DNA of 63,812 nt, filler included, from an uncultured bacterium (lineage in GTDB: Bacteria; CAZSTA01), in NCBI GenBank assembly GCA_964609495.1. It is 3 parts of 3 records of this genome, joined end to end, with 100 filler letters (N's around TTAATTAATTAA, not from the genome) between each part and the next. Parts side by side here need not be neighbours in the genome. Positions count along the whole stretch, not along the records: positions 44,260 to 63,812 come from CAZSTA010000051.1; 2 more parts are not named here. One strand, given 5' to 3'. Positions 48,006-57,822 of this stretch are shown here, piece after piece (position 1 is the stretch's first letter; each line of letters begins with the position of its first letter). Both the position numbers and the translations under genes were made by a program. Under the pieces are notes generated by a model. That model was not told the DNA's origin. It did not search any database and saw nothing but the letters and a program-made list of their open reading frames with translations.

Positions 48006-49502
48006 GTGAGCATTTTAAGATCTAAACCTAAGATACAATGGCTTTTAGGAGGAGTAGCTCTAGGAGTAATTATCACCTTAGCCTTGCTTTTGAGTTCTCC
48101 TAATACTCCCCCACTTAATAAAGCTTATGCTCAAAAGGAAGAGGAAAGTCCGGAGATCGAAACTGCGATCTCTCTTCAGAACGCCTTTGTGGACGTTGTT
48201 AAAGAGGTTGGTCCAGCGGTAGTCAATATTCATACCGAAAGAACTGTAAAGACTGATTCCTTTGAGAAGTTCTTCGATCGTTTCAAGGATACTCCCTTCG
48301 AGGAGTTCTTCAGAGGAATGCCCTTTGAAAGTATGCCTGAGGAATATACGCAGCGCAGTTTAGGTTCAGGGATGATCGTCGATGAGAGGGGTTATATCCT
48401 CACCAATAACCATGTGGTAGCTGGGACTAAGAGGATAACCGTTAGATTGATAGACGGCAGAGAGTTCGAGGCGGAAGTTGTGGGGCAAGATCCTAAGACC
48501 GATTTAGCGGTAGTAAAGATATCTGATAGTGAGGATCTACCGGTTATAACCTTTGGTGATTCGGATACGATCCCAGTAGGAGCCTGGGTGGTGGCGATCG
48601 GAAATCCCTTCGGTTTTGACCACACCGTTACCGTGGGAGTAATTAGCGGTAAGGGGCGTTACGGATTCGGAGCCGCGGAATATGAGAACTTCTTACAGAC
48701 CGATGCCTCCATCAACCCGGGGAACAGTGGCGGACCCCTCATCGATATAGAGGGTAGAGTTGTGGGAATAAGCACCTTAATCGTCGGCCTTGGCACCGGA
48801 TTGGGATTCGCTATCCCCAGTAATATGGCTCGGGAGATAGTAGATCAACTTATCGAGTATGGAAAGGTTACTCGAGCTTGGTTAGGAGTCTATATTCAGG
48901 ACTTCGATGAAGAACTCGCGGGGCAATTCAACCTTGAAGGAGTAGAAGGGGTATTGGTAAGCGATGTGATCAAGGGAAGCCCCGCTGAAGAGGCTCGCCT
49001 CAAGGTTAAGGATATAATCTTGGAGGTTGATGGGGAGAAAGTAACCACCGCTAGAGAGCTACAGGAGAAGATCATCTCTAAGAGAGTAGGGCAGCGAGTA
49101 GATCTCAAGATAATCAGAGATAGTGAGGAGATAATTGTAAAGGTCACTCTCGGAGAGATGCCGGAGGAAGAAGGGACGGAGGCTATGATACCTAGCGAGT
49201 CTGAGCCTGTTCAGAGGGAACTCTTGGGAATAACGGTTCAGAATATAACTTCTGATATCGCCGAAGAATTAAATATCACCGATACCGAAGGAGTTATCAT
49301 CTCAGATGTTGATATGGGTAGTCCTGCTTATGATGCGGGTCTAAAGCGAGGAGATATTATAAGGGAAGTAAGGAACCAGAAGATCGGAGATATTAAGGAC
49401 TTCCAAAAGGGCCTCTCAGGCGTGAAGGCTGGAGATACGGTTCTGCTGTTAGTAGAGAGAGAAGGACGTAGCTTCTTTGCAACCATTAAAACTGCTGAGT
49501 AG
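48006..49502 (+). CDS. degP: Do/DegP/HtrA serine endoprotease with two PDZ domains
   Basis: TNNHVV, TDLAV, QTDASINPGNSGGPL; two PDZ domains. Confidence 0.93.
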   Translation: MSILRSKPKIQWLLGGVALGVIITLALLLSSPNTPPLNKAYAQKEEESPEIETAISLQNAFVDVVKEVGPAVVNIHTERTVKTDSFEKFFDRFKDTPFEEFFRGMPFESMPEEYTQRSLGSGMIVDERGYILTNNHVVAGTKRITVRLIDGREFEAEVVGQDPKTDLAVVKISDSEDLPVITFGDSDTIPVGAWVVAIGNPFGFDHTVTVGVISGKGRYGFGAAEYENFLQTDASINPGNSGGPLIDIEGRVVGISTLIVGLGTGLGFAIPSNMAREIVDQLIEYGKVTRAWLGVYIQDFDEELAGQFNLEGVEGVLVSDVIKGSPAEEARLKVKDIILEVDGEKVTTARELQEKIISKRVGQRVDLKIIRDSEEIIVKVTLGEMPEEEGTEAMIPSESEPVQRELLGITVQNITSDIAEELNITDTEGVIISDVDMGSPAYDAGLKRGDIIREVRNQKIGDIKDFQKGLSGVKAGDTVLLLVEREGRSFFATIKTAE

Positions 49503-49516
49503 CTTTACCTCTTCTG

Positions 49517-49548
49517 AGTGGTTGTCAGATTATAACCTGGCAACCACT
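49517..49548 (+). terminator. Hairpin after degP
   Basis: AGTGGTTGTCAG...CTGGCAACCACT followed by a T-rich tail. Confidence 0.6.
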
Positions 49549-49580
49549 TCTTGTTATTTTAAACTTTTGGAGGTGAATTT

Positions 49581-49940
49581 GTGGAGGAGCTGATCAGCGA
49601 AAGGACCTTCAATTCCCTTATCGCTGTTATAGCTATTATCGGTCCTATTCTCGGCCTTATAATAGGGATAGTAATGGGAGTTATAAAGAATGACATCAAG
49701 CGACTGGCAATTCGAGGAGTTATAATAGGAAGCTTCGCCTTGATAGCTTATATTATGTGGAGGATCTACAACGCTATCACCGATCATTATGGATTGGATA
49801 GCGTTAAAAATCTTCTGATCAATTTGGGTCTTTTCATCCTGGTGGGTGTCATTATAGGCTTGCTTTTAGCTGTAGTCCAGAATAAATTCTCTATCTTTGG
49901 ATCCCATACCTCAGAGGAGAAGGTAAAGGATAGAAATTAG
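49581..49940 (+). CDS. Hypothetical three-TM membrane protein
   Basis: SD GGAGGTG; three hydrophobic segments. Confidence 0.75.
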   Translation: MEELISERTFNSLIAVIAIIGPILGLIIGIVMGVIKNDIKRLAIRGVIIGSFALIAYIMWRIYNAITDHYGLDSVKNLLINLGLFILVGVIIGLLLAVVQNKFSIFGSHTSEEKVKDRN

Positions 49941-49989
49941 AGGGATAAGTATATTCGTTCTCTTAGCGACTGAGAGGAGATAAATAATT

Positions 49990-52815
49990 ATGAGATGGAA
50001 AGTTATTATAATTTTCATAGTAACTCTCCTCATCAGCTCCAGCGCGGCTTCTGCTCTACCTTATAGGAGTAATCATCCTGAGCTTACTTGGAGGATGTTG
50101 GAAACTGAGCACTTCCAAGTCATTTTTTATCAGGGAGCGGAGAAATTAGCTGAAGAGACTGCGAGAGTTGCTGAGGAAGTTTATCCCTACATAACCTCCG
50201 ATCTGGGAGTCGAAATAAGGAAGAAGACGCCCATAGTTATCGCTGATTATGATGATTATTCAAATGGCTTTGCCAATGCGTTAGGGCATTATATCTTCAT
50301 CTGGTCCTATGGGGATAATAAGGATTTCACCAGTCGAATGACGTGGTTACGTATGGTGGTAGCCCATGAGTTCGCTCATATCGCGACCTTCTACGCAGTG
50401 CGGGATTCTCTGGGGCAGATAGGAGAATTATATGCTTTAGCTAATATACCTCAGTGGTTTATGGAGGGAGTGGCTCAATATGAGGCTGAAACTTGGAATG
50501 TTCATCGGGGGGATATGCTGTTGCGCACTGCTACTTTAGAGAGAGAGCTGTTACCCTTCGTCAAGCTTAGCAATTCGATCGCCTCGGATCTTATAGATGG
50601 ACGGCTAATTTACGATCAGGGTCATTCTCTGGTTCGCTACATATCAGCTAGATTCGGAAAGGATAAGATAAGGCAGATCTTGGCTAATATGAAGAAGACC
50701 CCCTGGAGCTTCGATCAAGCTCTTGAGCAGGCAATAGGATGGGATCAGAGGGAATTATATAGCGAATGGAAGAGGGATATTTCATCTAAATATAGATTAT
50801 CGGCGAGGCTCGGAGAGAGTAGTAGATCTCCCTCCTGGAGAAAACTATCGACTCCTATCAAGGTCAATTCCAGCATACGTTGGTCACCTGACGGAACTAA
50901 GGTAGCAGTGGCTGGTTTCAAGAACTATGACGATCCCGCTGTGAATCTTTATGTAGCCGAGGCTGACCTTTCTCAATGGAGGGGAGTTGCTTTCGATCTT
51001 ACTTCTTCTCAATTTTCATGGTCTCCTGATGGGAAGAGCTTAGTCTATTCCGGACGTAGCTGGGATAGATATGGATCTTTGCATAATGACTTATATGTGG
51101 TGGGCTGTGATGGGAAGAATAGAAGGAGATTGACTAAGAATCTTAGAGCAAGCGATCCAGATTGGTCGCCAGATGGCACCGAGATCGCTTGCATCGTGTA
51201 TCAGGGAGGGATGACCGATCTGGCGCTTATCAACTCTGATGGCACTGGATTGAAATTTCTAACCCAAGCCGAAGATTGGCTTCAATGCTTCTCTCCTCGT
51301 TGGTCTCCTGATGGAACTAAGATAGCGTTCTCCATAGTGGAGGACAATAAGGGGGACCTAGCCCTCTTCGATATAGAGAGGGACGATTATAGAAAACTCA
51401 CTAGTGATGAGATGGAGGATAGATACCCAGAGTTTTCCCCTGAGGGGAAGTATATGACCTTCATCTCCTATCGCTCTGGAGTTCCAAATCTATATCAATA
51501 TGATCTTGACGAGGGCAGGATAACCCAACTGACTGACATTAGGGATGGAGCGATCCTCTCCTCCGCTTGGAATCCTAGGCGGGAGGAAATAGCTGTCACG
51601 TATTTTAAAGCTAGGCGAACGGATATCTATCTTCTGAAGCCCTCGCGGGGGATACCTTTTCCTACAACTCCTGCTATAAATAAAATAGGAGGAATTCCTC
51701 CCCCTTCGGATATAAGCGAGATAGGTTGGGAGACGATCCAGCCTTATGAGATCGAGGAGACAGCCCTCTCAAAACCTCTCTCTAAAGCCACTATATCTCC
51801 TTACAACTCCCTTAATTCGGTGAGATCCACGCTCATCTTACCTCTTATAGAGGAGGATGAGGAGGGGATGGTTTTAGGAGTCTCCAGTATATTTTCCGAT
51901 CCTCTGGATAAGCACTCCCTAAATCTTGACGCCTCCTATGGATTAAATAGCGAGAGGCTAAATTACTCCCTCTCCTATAGTAACACTCAATTCCTACCTA
52001 CGCTTACTTTGGATATCTTCGGTTGGGGAGCTCCTCTTCGCTACGGAGGAATAGATTTCGAGGAGAGAAGGAGGGGAATAGCGATAGGATCGGATTGGCA
52101 GTTCTATGGAACTTATACTCATAACAGCCATCAACTCTCAGTAGGAGTAGAGGTGATAAATATATCAGCCGACCCTCTGGAAGACCCCTGGGGGATAGAG
52201 GTAACAGAAGGATATATAAATACTTTTAAGCTCGCTTGGGGATGGGGAAGTTATTCTCCTCCCGATGAGAATTTCTCTCTTGAGATTTCGTATGAGCGAG
52301 CAGATAAGTGGCTGGGTAGCAATCTCGAGTTCGAGGAATATACCTTAGCTTATAATCACTACTTTGACTTAGGAAATTGGCAGAGCTTCACTCTAAAGGT
52401 GGCCGGGGGTCTGCACGAGGGAGATGAGATAATACAAGATGAGCTTTTCTCAGTGGGAATGTATCAAGTGCGGGGATTGGAGAGAACCCGTCAGGGAAGT
52501 AGATTTATGATAGGTAGTGGGGAGTATGGCTTTAGATTGAGTAGAGAGTTGGGGATAAACTTGCTTCTGCTTTATTTAGAGAGGTTAAATGGAGCGCTAT
52601 TTTTGGATATAGGAGATGCTTGGCGGGAGGAGATCGATGAATTCGATCCGATGACTACCATCGGCTTTGAGTTGAAGAATAGAGCGTTTATAACGATCGT
52701 TCCGATCCAAGGGATACCGATAACCTTGAGGGGAGGTTTAGCCTGGAAGATCAACTCCGACGAGATATTTCCTTATTATGTGATCAGCTTACCGTTATTG
52801 GAGAGTTATCTATAG
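49990..52815 (+). CDS. Outer-membrane protein: HExxH peptidase-MA-like domain, TolB/PD40 propeller and Omp85/BamA-like barrel
   Basis: Signal peptide, AHEFAH and WFMEGVAQY, repeated WSPDG, C-terminal beta strands with VRG and FLDIGDAW. Confidence 0.8.
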   Translation: MRWKVIIIFIVTLLISSSAASALPYRSNHPELTWRMLETEHFQVIFYQGAEKLAEETARVAEEVYPYITSDLGVEIRKKTPIVIADYDDYSNGFANALGHYIFIWSYGDNKDFTSRMTWLRMVVAHEFAHIATFYAVRDSLGQIGELYALANIPQWFMEGVAQYEAETWNVHRGDMLLRTATLERELLPFVKLSNSIASDLIDGRLIYDQGHSLVRYISARFGKDKIRQILANMKKTPWSFDQALEQAIGWDQRELYSEWKRDISSKYRLSARLGESSRSPSWRKLSTPIKVNSSIRWSPDGTKVAVAGFKNYDDPAVNLYVAEADLSQWRGVAFDLTSSQFSWSPDGKSLVYSGRSWDRYGSLHNDLYVVGCDGKNRRRLTKNLRASDPDWSPDGTEIACIVYQGGMTDLALINSDGTGLKFLTQAEDWLQCFSPRWSPDGTKIAFSIVEDNKGDLALFDIERDDYRKLTSDEMEDRYPEFSPEGKYMTFISYRSGVPNLYQYDLDEGRITQLTDIRDGAILSSAWNPRREEIAVTYFKARRTDIYLLKPSRGIPFPTTPAINKIGGIPPPSDISEIGWETIQPYEIEETALSKPLSKATISPYNSLNSVRSTLILPLIEEDEEGMVLGVSSIFSDPLDKHSLNLDASYGLNSERLNYSLSYSNTQFLPTLTLDIFGWGAPLRYGGIDFEERRRGIAIGSDWQFYGTYTHNSHQLSVGVEVINISADPLEDPWGIEVTEGYINTFKLAWGWGSYSPPDENFSLEISYERADKWLGSNLEFEEYTLAYNHYFDLGNWQSFTLKVAGGLHEGDEIIQDELFSVGMYQVRGLERTRQGSRFMIGSGEYGFRLSRELGINLLLLYLERLNGALFLDIGDAWREEIDEFDPMTTIGFELKNRAFITIVPIQGIPITLRGGLAWKINSDEIFPYYVISLPLLESYL

Positions 52816-52859
52816 ACAGCACATTCTAAAAATGCACTTCATTGCAGTATATATGATAT

Positions 52860-54327
52860 CTATATTTTCGCATTTTTTGCTTGACAGATAGGAAAAAAAG
52901 AGGTATCCTTCTTCCAAACCAAGAATGGATATTTCCATATTGAAACTTATTTTCGGCTAGCATCTAATTTCATCGCCTATCTTCTTCCTCTTTCATCATC
53001 TACAATCCCTCAGCAAACCAATCGATTTTTCTTGCATTCATAAACTTACGTTGAGACCAAGTAATGTAGGTAACCCGCTTCTCTGCAAGAATCTTTAATT
53101 CTTTCCTGCCCTTCTCAGTCAGTCTGAGTTTACCTTGCACCGATTCCACCAGACGGTCTTTCTCCAGTTTGGCATAAATAGTTTCATAGTCCCTATCCTC
53201 CAGCTTCACTGGGAACCTTCTCCCAAAACCTTTTTTAGCGCGCTCAAGATTCTCTTGTTTTGTCATCTCTTGCAGGTTAAAGAGCCAGAGACTTACAAAT
53301 GTTCCTCGGTCTGGTAAAACCTTGAGATGGCTCTCAAGAAACTTGGAGAACTTTTCCATTTTAGGATCTTCGCCTCGCATAACCTTCTTTGACTCAGATA
53401 TAAGTTCATAACCACCAAACACTATGAATAAGGAAACTACTGCTCCAGCGATAGCATCAAGCACATAGAATCCTATGGTTGCTCCAAGAAGACCGATCAA
53501 AACTGCGACTGATGACCAGATATCTGTTTTCGTGTGATAGGCATCAGCTATTAATGATATGCTTCTTGTCCTTCCACCAACATAAAACTTATAGAATGAG
53601 AAAAAACCATTGACCGCGATATTGATCACGATGGTGATTAAAGCTACAACCTGAAAATGTATCTCAGCAGGCTTAAAGATCTTTGTTATCGATTCAAAGG
53701 CAACAAAGACACCGATGCCACAGAGGATTATCCCGCCGAGAAGGACGGCTTGCGCTTCTCTATCGGTCTTTATGCCAATCCAGGTGATTGCTGAGGCAAC
53801 TATGTCAATACCAGTATGCACCGCATCCGCAATAAGGCCAATGCTTCCTGAAAGGAAGCCGATAATAAATTCCAGGGCTGACAGCCCCACATTCCCCCAG
53901 AAGGAATATTTGGCGCACGCCTCTTTAGAAACACGCCTCGCGTGGTACTGTTCGATATCTCTTTCCTTTTTACCCAAAGTGTCCAAACCTTTTTCAGTTA
54001 TCTCGTATTTATCTGAATATTTTATCAAGCCTTCCTTTGCCAGAGGGTTCAAATTAATATCTATGAGTTCATTATTTACCTGCCAGTAACCCAGATACAT
54101 ATCGCTGAGTTTGTCTATTAGCTCTTGTCTTGTTCTACTATTTAATCGCAGCAAACGTAATATGTGCCACCTGAGCTCCTTTTTTACCTGAGAGTCCTTG
54201 ATTTGCAATCCCTTTTTTTGCATATCAGCCACTTCTTTTCTCTACAAGAGTGCATTTTAAATGTGCGATACAAACCTTATAAAAACCCGCATTAATAGTA
54301 GATTTTTGAAAATCTGCGAAAGTATAG
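52860..54327. mobile_element. Family B inverted-repeat element carrying the CDF gene
   Basis: Left end CTATATTTTCGCATTTTTT at 52860; 67-bp right end ATGTGCGATACAAACC...GCGAAAGTATAG at 54261-54327; same ends as the empty copy at 57648-57777. Confidence 0.68.
53000..54232 (-). CDS. Cation diffusion facilitator TM domain flanked by two winged-helix-like domains
   Basis: LIADAVHTGID and LIADAYHTKTD metal motifs; wHTH-like ends EGLIK...YEITEKG and LVE...LRLTEKG. Confidence 0.82.
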   Translation of the reverse strand: MADMQKKGLQIKDSQVKKELRWHILRLLRLNSRTRQELIDKLSDMYLGYWQVNNELIDINLNPLAKEGLIKYSDKYEITEKGLDTLGKKERDIEQYHARRVSKEACAKYSFWGNVGLSALEFIIGFLSGSIGLIADAVHTGIDIVASAITWIGIKTDREAQAVLLGGIILCGIGVFVAFESITKIFKPAEIHFQVVALITIVINIAVNGFFSFYKFYVGGRTRSISLIADAYHTKTDIWSSVAVLIGLLGATIGFYVLDAIAGAVVSLFIVFGGYELISESKKVMRGEDPKMEKFSKFLESHLKVLPDRGTFVSLWLFNLQEMTKQENLERAKKGFGRRFPVKLEDRDYETIYAKLEKDRLVESVQGKLRLTEKGRKELKILAEKRVTYITWSQRKFMNARKIDWFAEGL

Positions 54328-54332
54328 ATTAT

Positions 54333-57300
54333 TTACAATTTATAAAAAGGATTTCTGGCACATTTTGTTTTAATTTTTTCCGCTTGATTTACGCTTAATT
54401 CTTCCAAACCAATGTTGAAATATAAAGCAAACACTAAATCGTCAACATAATCTTTCAGTTTTTGTTGTTCTGCATAGTCAATTATTGGTAAATCTTTTAA
54501 TCCTGATAGAGTGATTTTCTGTTTTTCTAGATCTATTATCCGTTTGCCATATTGCTCTGCGAGAACTTTTTTAATCAAATCCCTATTTTCTTTTATAGTA
54601 AGTTTAATTTTTTCATTATTTTTTTCTAAAACTAAATTGTTAGCCCTTACCGAAACCTTATCAAATTTTTGAACCATCACTTTTGAAAAATCAATGAAAT
54701 CTGATAATTTATTTTCTTCCAATCCTAACATTTCTTCTGTGTATTTGATAACCTCATCTTTAATGGGTTGATTATCTTTGTTAATTTTGGGCACTCGGAC
54801 GAATTCTTTAATAGATGTTAAAGAAACTAAGTAATCTTTCTCGTTTTCAGTCTTTAGGTTTGCTTGCAGGATTTTATTTATGATTTTGGAATTTAGAATA
54901 GAGAAAAGATAAAAAAGTTCTCTTTTATTTTCACTACCTATCCCCAACATTTGGTTTCTTGGCCAAATGACTGGAGTAAGAGTGAAGTGAAATCTATTAA
55001 AGTTAATATATGACCAAATAATTTTATATTTGCTATCTAAAAAATTATATTTCTGATTTCCCTGTCTAAGCTTGATAAACATTCTATCGTTTGACTTTCT
55101 GATATTCGGCCAATATCCTTTGTAATGTTTTATTGTCCAATACCTTCTGTCTATGTATGGTATTTTATAATTTAGGATATTAGGCATTGGTTTATTTAGC
55201 ATCTTTCTTTCGTCAATACTATATCCTCCATCAAAGTAAAATCTACTTTCAAATTGCTTTTCTGCTAAGATATGGTCGTAGTAAATAGAAATATCTATTG
55301 AGTTTCTTTTGTATCCATCATAAAAATCTAAAGACTTTTTTCCCTGTTTGATAAAATTCCAGTTAGCGACATTTTGGAATAATTTGTTTTGCAGAATTTT
55401 CTTTTTGCCAATTTTTTTGCCAGCCAATATATTTTGCAAAGTTTCCTCTATAGTATCATCGGGATTTTTGTAGTTTATTATTTCAACTTTATGCATTGCT
55501 GATGGTATTTCCCTATTGAGGACAAAAATTAAACTGGAGGTTGCTACTGGTTTATTTTGTCTTAGCCCCCGCCCTATAAACATTTTTCCACTAAAAGTAA
55601 TTATTTTCTCAATCGTGGTGAATTTTGATAAGTAATAGCGTAAAACATCAAGGTCGCCTGCGGTTAGTATCGTCTGCGGGATAATATAACATAATTTCCC
55701 TTTATCTTTTAATAAGGCTATTCCTAAAGCAGTAAAAAATGCATATAAATTTGGGTTAGGGCGGTATCTTTTAGGATTATTCGGGGTGCTATGAAGATTT
55801 ACGCCATAAATATTGTTTAATTTAGCTTTACCTTGTTTCATCATTTCAAAAATTAAGACCTTTTGTTTCGCACATTCGTTATAACTTACATAGGGCGGAT
55901 TGCTAATAACATAATCAAAACGGCGACGGGGAATTTCGGGTAACTCTTCTAAGCTCTTTTTCATTTCTTCTAAATCAGTTTCTTCTCTAACATAACTTTT
56001 GTATCCCAAATCCAATTCTTTATAACTCATAGAGAGTTGCCCACCTTTTGATTTCATTGCCTCTAAATCGTGCATTGTATTTCTTAAACCTGTGTCCAAA
56101 AATTCAGCTACACTGTCTTTAGTTAGAAAAACTTTGATTTTTTTATCAACGGGATTATTGTATTTTTCAGTAATAATCAAAGGCAACATTCTCATTAAGA
56201 TATTCATTTCCGCAAGATATAGAGGGAATTCAGCTATATCTAATCCAAAAATATTATTATTTACTATCTCCTCAATTTGTTTAGATTTTTCCTTGCTGTG
56301 ATTACCAAACGATTTAATGATTTCATTAACTGCACTATAGAGGAAAGTTCCACTACCGCAAGCAGGGTCTATTAGAGAAGCGCTGTTTTTGTCAGTCTCG
56401 TAGCGTTCTTTTATTTCTTCTGGTGTGAAACCAATTTGTCGCAACATAAAATTAACTACAGCCGGGTCCGTGAAATATTGTCCTTTTTTTGTCTCTTCAT
56501 AGAGTTCTTTTAGGTAATTTTCGTAAATATAACCAAATATTTCATTTTCAATGTTGGCAAAGTTATATTTTTTTATAAAAATGAATATGTCTAACCAAGG
56601 AGATACATCTGAAAGCTTATTTTCTACGCTTCGGTAGAGTTGTAAAAGTTTTTGGTTAATAAAATTCTGTTCTTTAGCAAATGGTCTATAAATGTTTTTT
56701 GAAATTTGAGCAGAGATATTATCTATAATACCCAAAATGTCCTTATAGCGTTTTTCTCTTATGCGCTGGTGTATTTTTTCTACTGCATTCTCAAATTCTT
56801 CCTTAAAACTTCCGAAGTAGTTATCAACCAAAGTTTTGTATAAAATAAACTGTATTATATAAGCGTAGGTTATTTCTATTGCTTGTTTTTCTCTCGTTTT
56901 CTCATCTAAACTGTTAAAGTATCCTTCAATTTTTAATTTGTTTTTGAAACTCTTAATTAACACTGTAATATCTTCAAAAAACATTTGCCGATTTTGTTCA
57001 ACTGGTAATACCTGCTCTTCTTTTAGGAGCGGGAGTTGGAGTTGTCCTTGAGGTTCAAAAAAGGAGAGGTAGTAAAACTCGGGTTTTATATATTCTTTCC
57101 AAAACTCTAAGAAGAGGTCGGTTTCCTCAAAAATTTGGTCTAAATTGAACTCTTTAATCGGAATGTTGTTATTGTAAAAACGCCAATTGAATCCGTCAGT
57201 TAAAATTCCATATTGCTTGTCAAAATCTTTTTGATACTTAAAAAGTTGCTTGATTCCCGCCTTGATATTTCCATAACATTCGGCCTCTAAGGGAATGACA

Positions 57301-57539
57301 ATATCTAAAGTTATATATATCACAAAATCAGCTTTTCTTTTTTCTTTTGCCTTTTTCTCGTGTATATATTCGTTTTTTCTGTTTTCTTGTGGTTCTGATA
57401 AAGCTCCTTCTTTCAAGGAAAATAATTCCTTGCTTTCAAAGAAGCTCCTTATAAAACTATGTACTCCAGAGCCAACCTCCTGCTTTTTATAATATTCCTT
57501 TTCTTTATCCCACTTATTTTTTAATTCTTTTAAATCCAT
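54333..57539 (-). CDS. Fused restriction endonuclease / N6-adenine methyltransferase (type IIG/IIL-like)
   Basis: N-terminal ADF...EAE...QL..Y...GILTDG nuclease-like domain; GQYFT, DPACGSGTFL and NPPY; C-terminal TRD-like region; AT-rich. Confidence 0.88.
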   Translation of the reverse strand: MDLKELKNKWDKEKEYYKKQEVGSGVHSFIRSFFESKELFSLKEGALSEPQENRKNEYIHEKKAKEKRKADFVIYITLDIVIPLEAECYGNIKAGIKQLFKYQKDFDKQYGILTDGFNWRFYNNNIPIKEFNLDQIFEETDLFLEFWKEYIKPEFYYLSFFEPQGQLQLPLLKEEQVLPVEQNRQMFFEDITVLIKSFKNKLKIEGYFNSLDEKTREKQAIEITYAYIIQFILYKTLVDNYFGSFKEEFENAVEKIHQRIREKRYKDILGIIDNISAQISKNIYRPFAKEQNFINQKLLQLYRSVENKLSDVSPWLDIFIFIKKYNFANIENEIFGYIYENYLKELYEETKKGQYFTDPAVVNFMLRQIGFTPEEIKERYETDKNSASLIDPACGSGTFLYSAVNEIIKSFGNHSKEKSKQIEEIVNNNIFGLDIAEFPLYLAEMNILMRMLPLIITEKYNNPVDKKIKVFLTKDSVAEFLDTGLRNTMHDLEAMKSKGGQLSMSYKELDLGYKSYVREETDLEEMKKSLEELPEIPRRRFDYVISNPPYVSYNECAKQKVLIFEMMKQGKAKLNNIYGVNLHSTPNNPKRYRPNPNLYAFFTALGIALLKDKGKLCYIIPQTILTAGDLDVLRYYLSKFTTIEKIITFSGKMFIGRGLRQNKPVATSSLIFVLNREIPSAMHKVEIINYKNPDDTIEETLQNILAGKKIGKKKILQNKLFQNVANWNFIKQGKKSLDFYDGYKRNSIDISIYYDHILAEKQFESRFYFDGGYSIDERKMLNKPMPNILNYKIPYIDRRYWTIKHYKGYWPNIRKSNDRMFIKLRQGNQKYNFLDSKYKIIWSYINFNRFHFTLTPVIWPRNQMLGIGSENKRELFYLFSILNSKIINKILQANLKTENEKDYLVSLTSIKEFVRVPKINKDNQPIKDEVIKYTEEMLGLEENKLSDFIDFSKVMVQKFDKVSVRANNLVLEKNNEKIKLTIKENRDLIKKVLAEQYGKRIIDLEKQKITLSGLKDLPIIDYAEQQKLKDYVDDLVFALYFNIGLEELSVNQAEKIKTKCARNPFYKL

Positions 57540-57557
57540 AGTTATTTAGTTTCCACC

Positions 57558-57647
57558 TTAATTTAAAAAATTATTAAATTCTTCTCTATCAACTCTAAAC
57601 TCTTTACCTATTTTGTAGGCTTTTAATTTCCCTGCTTTAATATAACG
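57558..57647 (-). pseudogene. Excisionase-like HTH_17 DNA-binding protein fragment
   Basis: RYIKAGKLKAYKIGKEFRVDREEFNNFLN; 5' part cut off exactly at the family B end. Confidence 0.75.
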
Positions 57648-57777
57648 CTATACTTTCGCATTTTTTGAAGATGATAAATTGAAAACTCAGTTTCCAATTG
57701 GATAGAGGATATGTGCGATACAAACCTTATAAAAACCTCATTAATGGTAGATTTTTGAAAAACCCGCGAAAGTATAG
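57648..57777. mobile_element. Family B MITE, empty 130-bp copy
   Basis: Perfect 12-bp terminal inverted repeat CTATACTTTCGC/GCGAAAGTATAG, flanked by ACG on both sides. Confidence 0.75.
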
Positions 57778-57822
57778 ACGGTATCTATTACTAGGGTTTA
57801 ATGCGAAGTTATAATGTGACCT

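Noticed and set aside
57778-57822. Possible 5' half of the excisionase gene, or a lox/dif-like site, beyond the MITE
   Set aside because: Rejoining restores YRYIK but gives no start codon or HTH-like upstream residues; ATAACTTCGCAT has no matching second arm.
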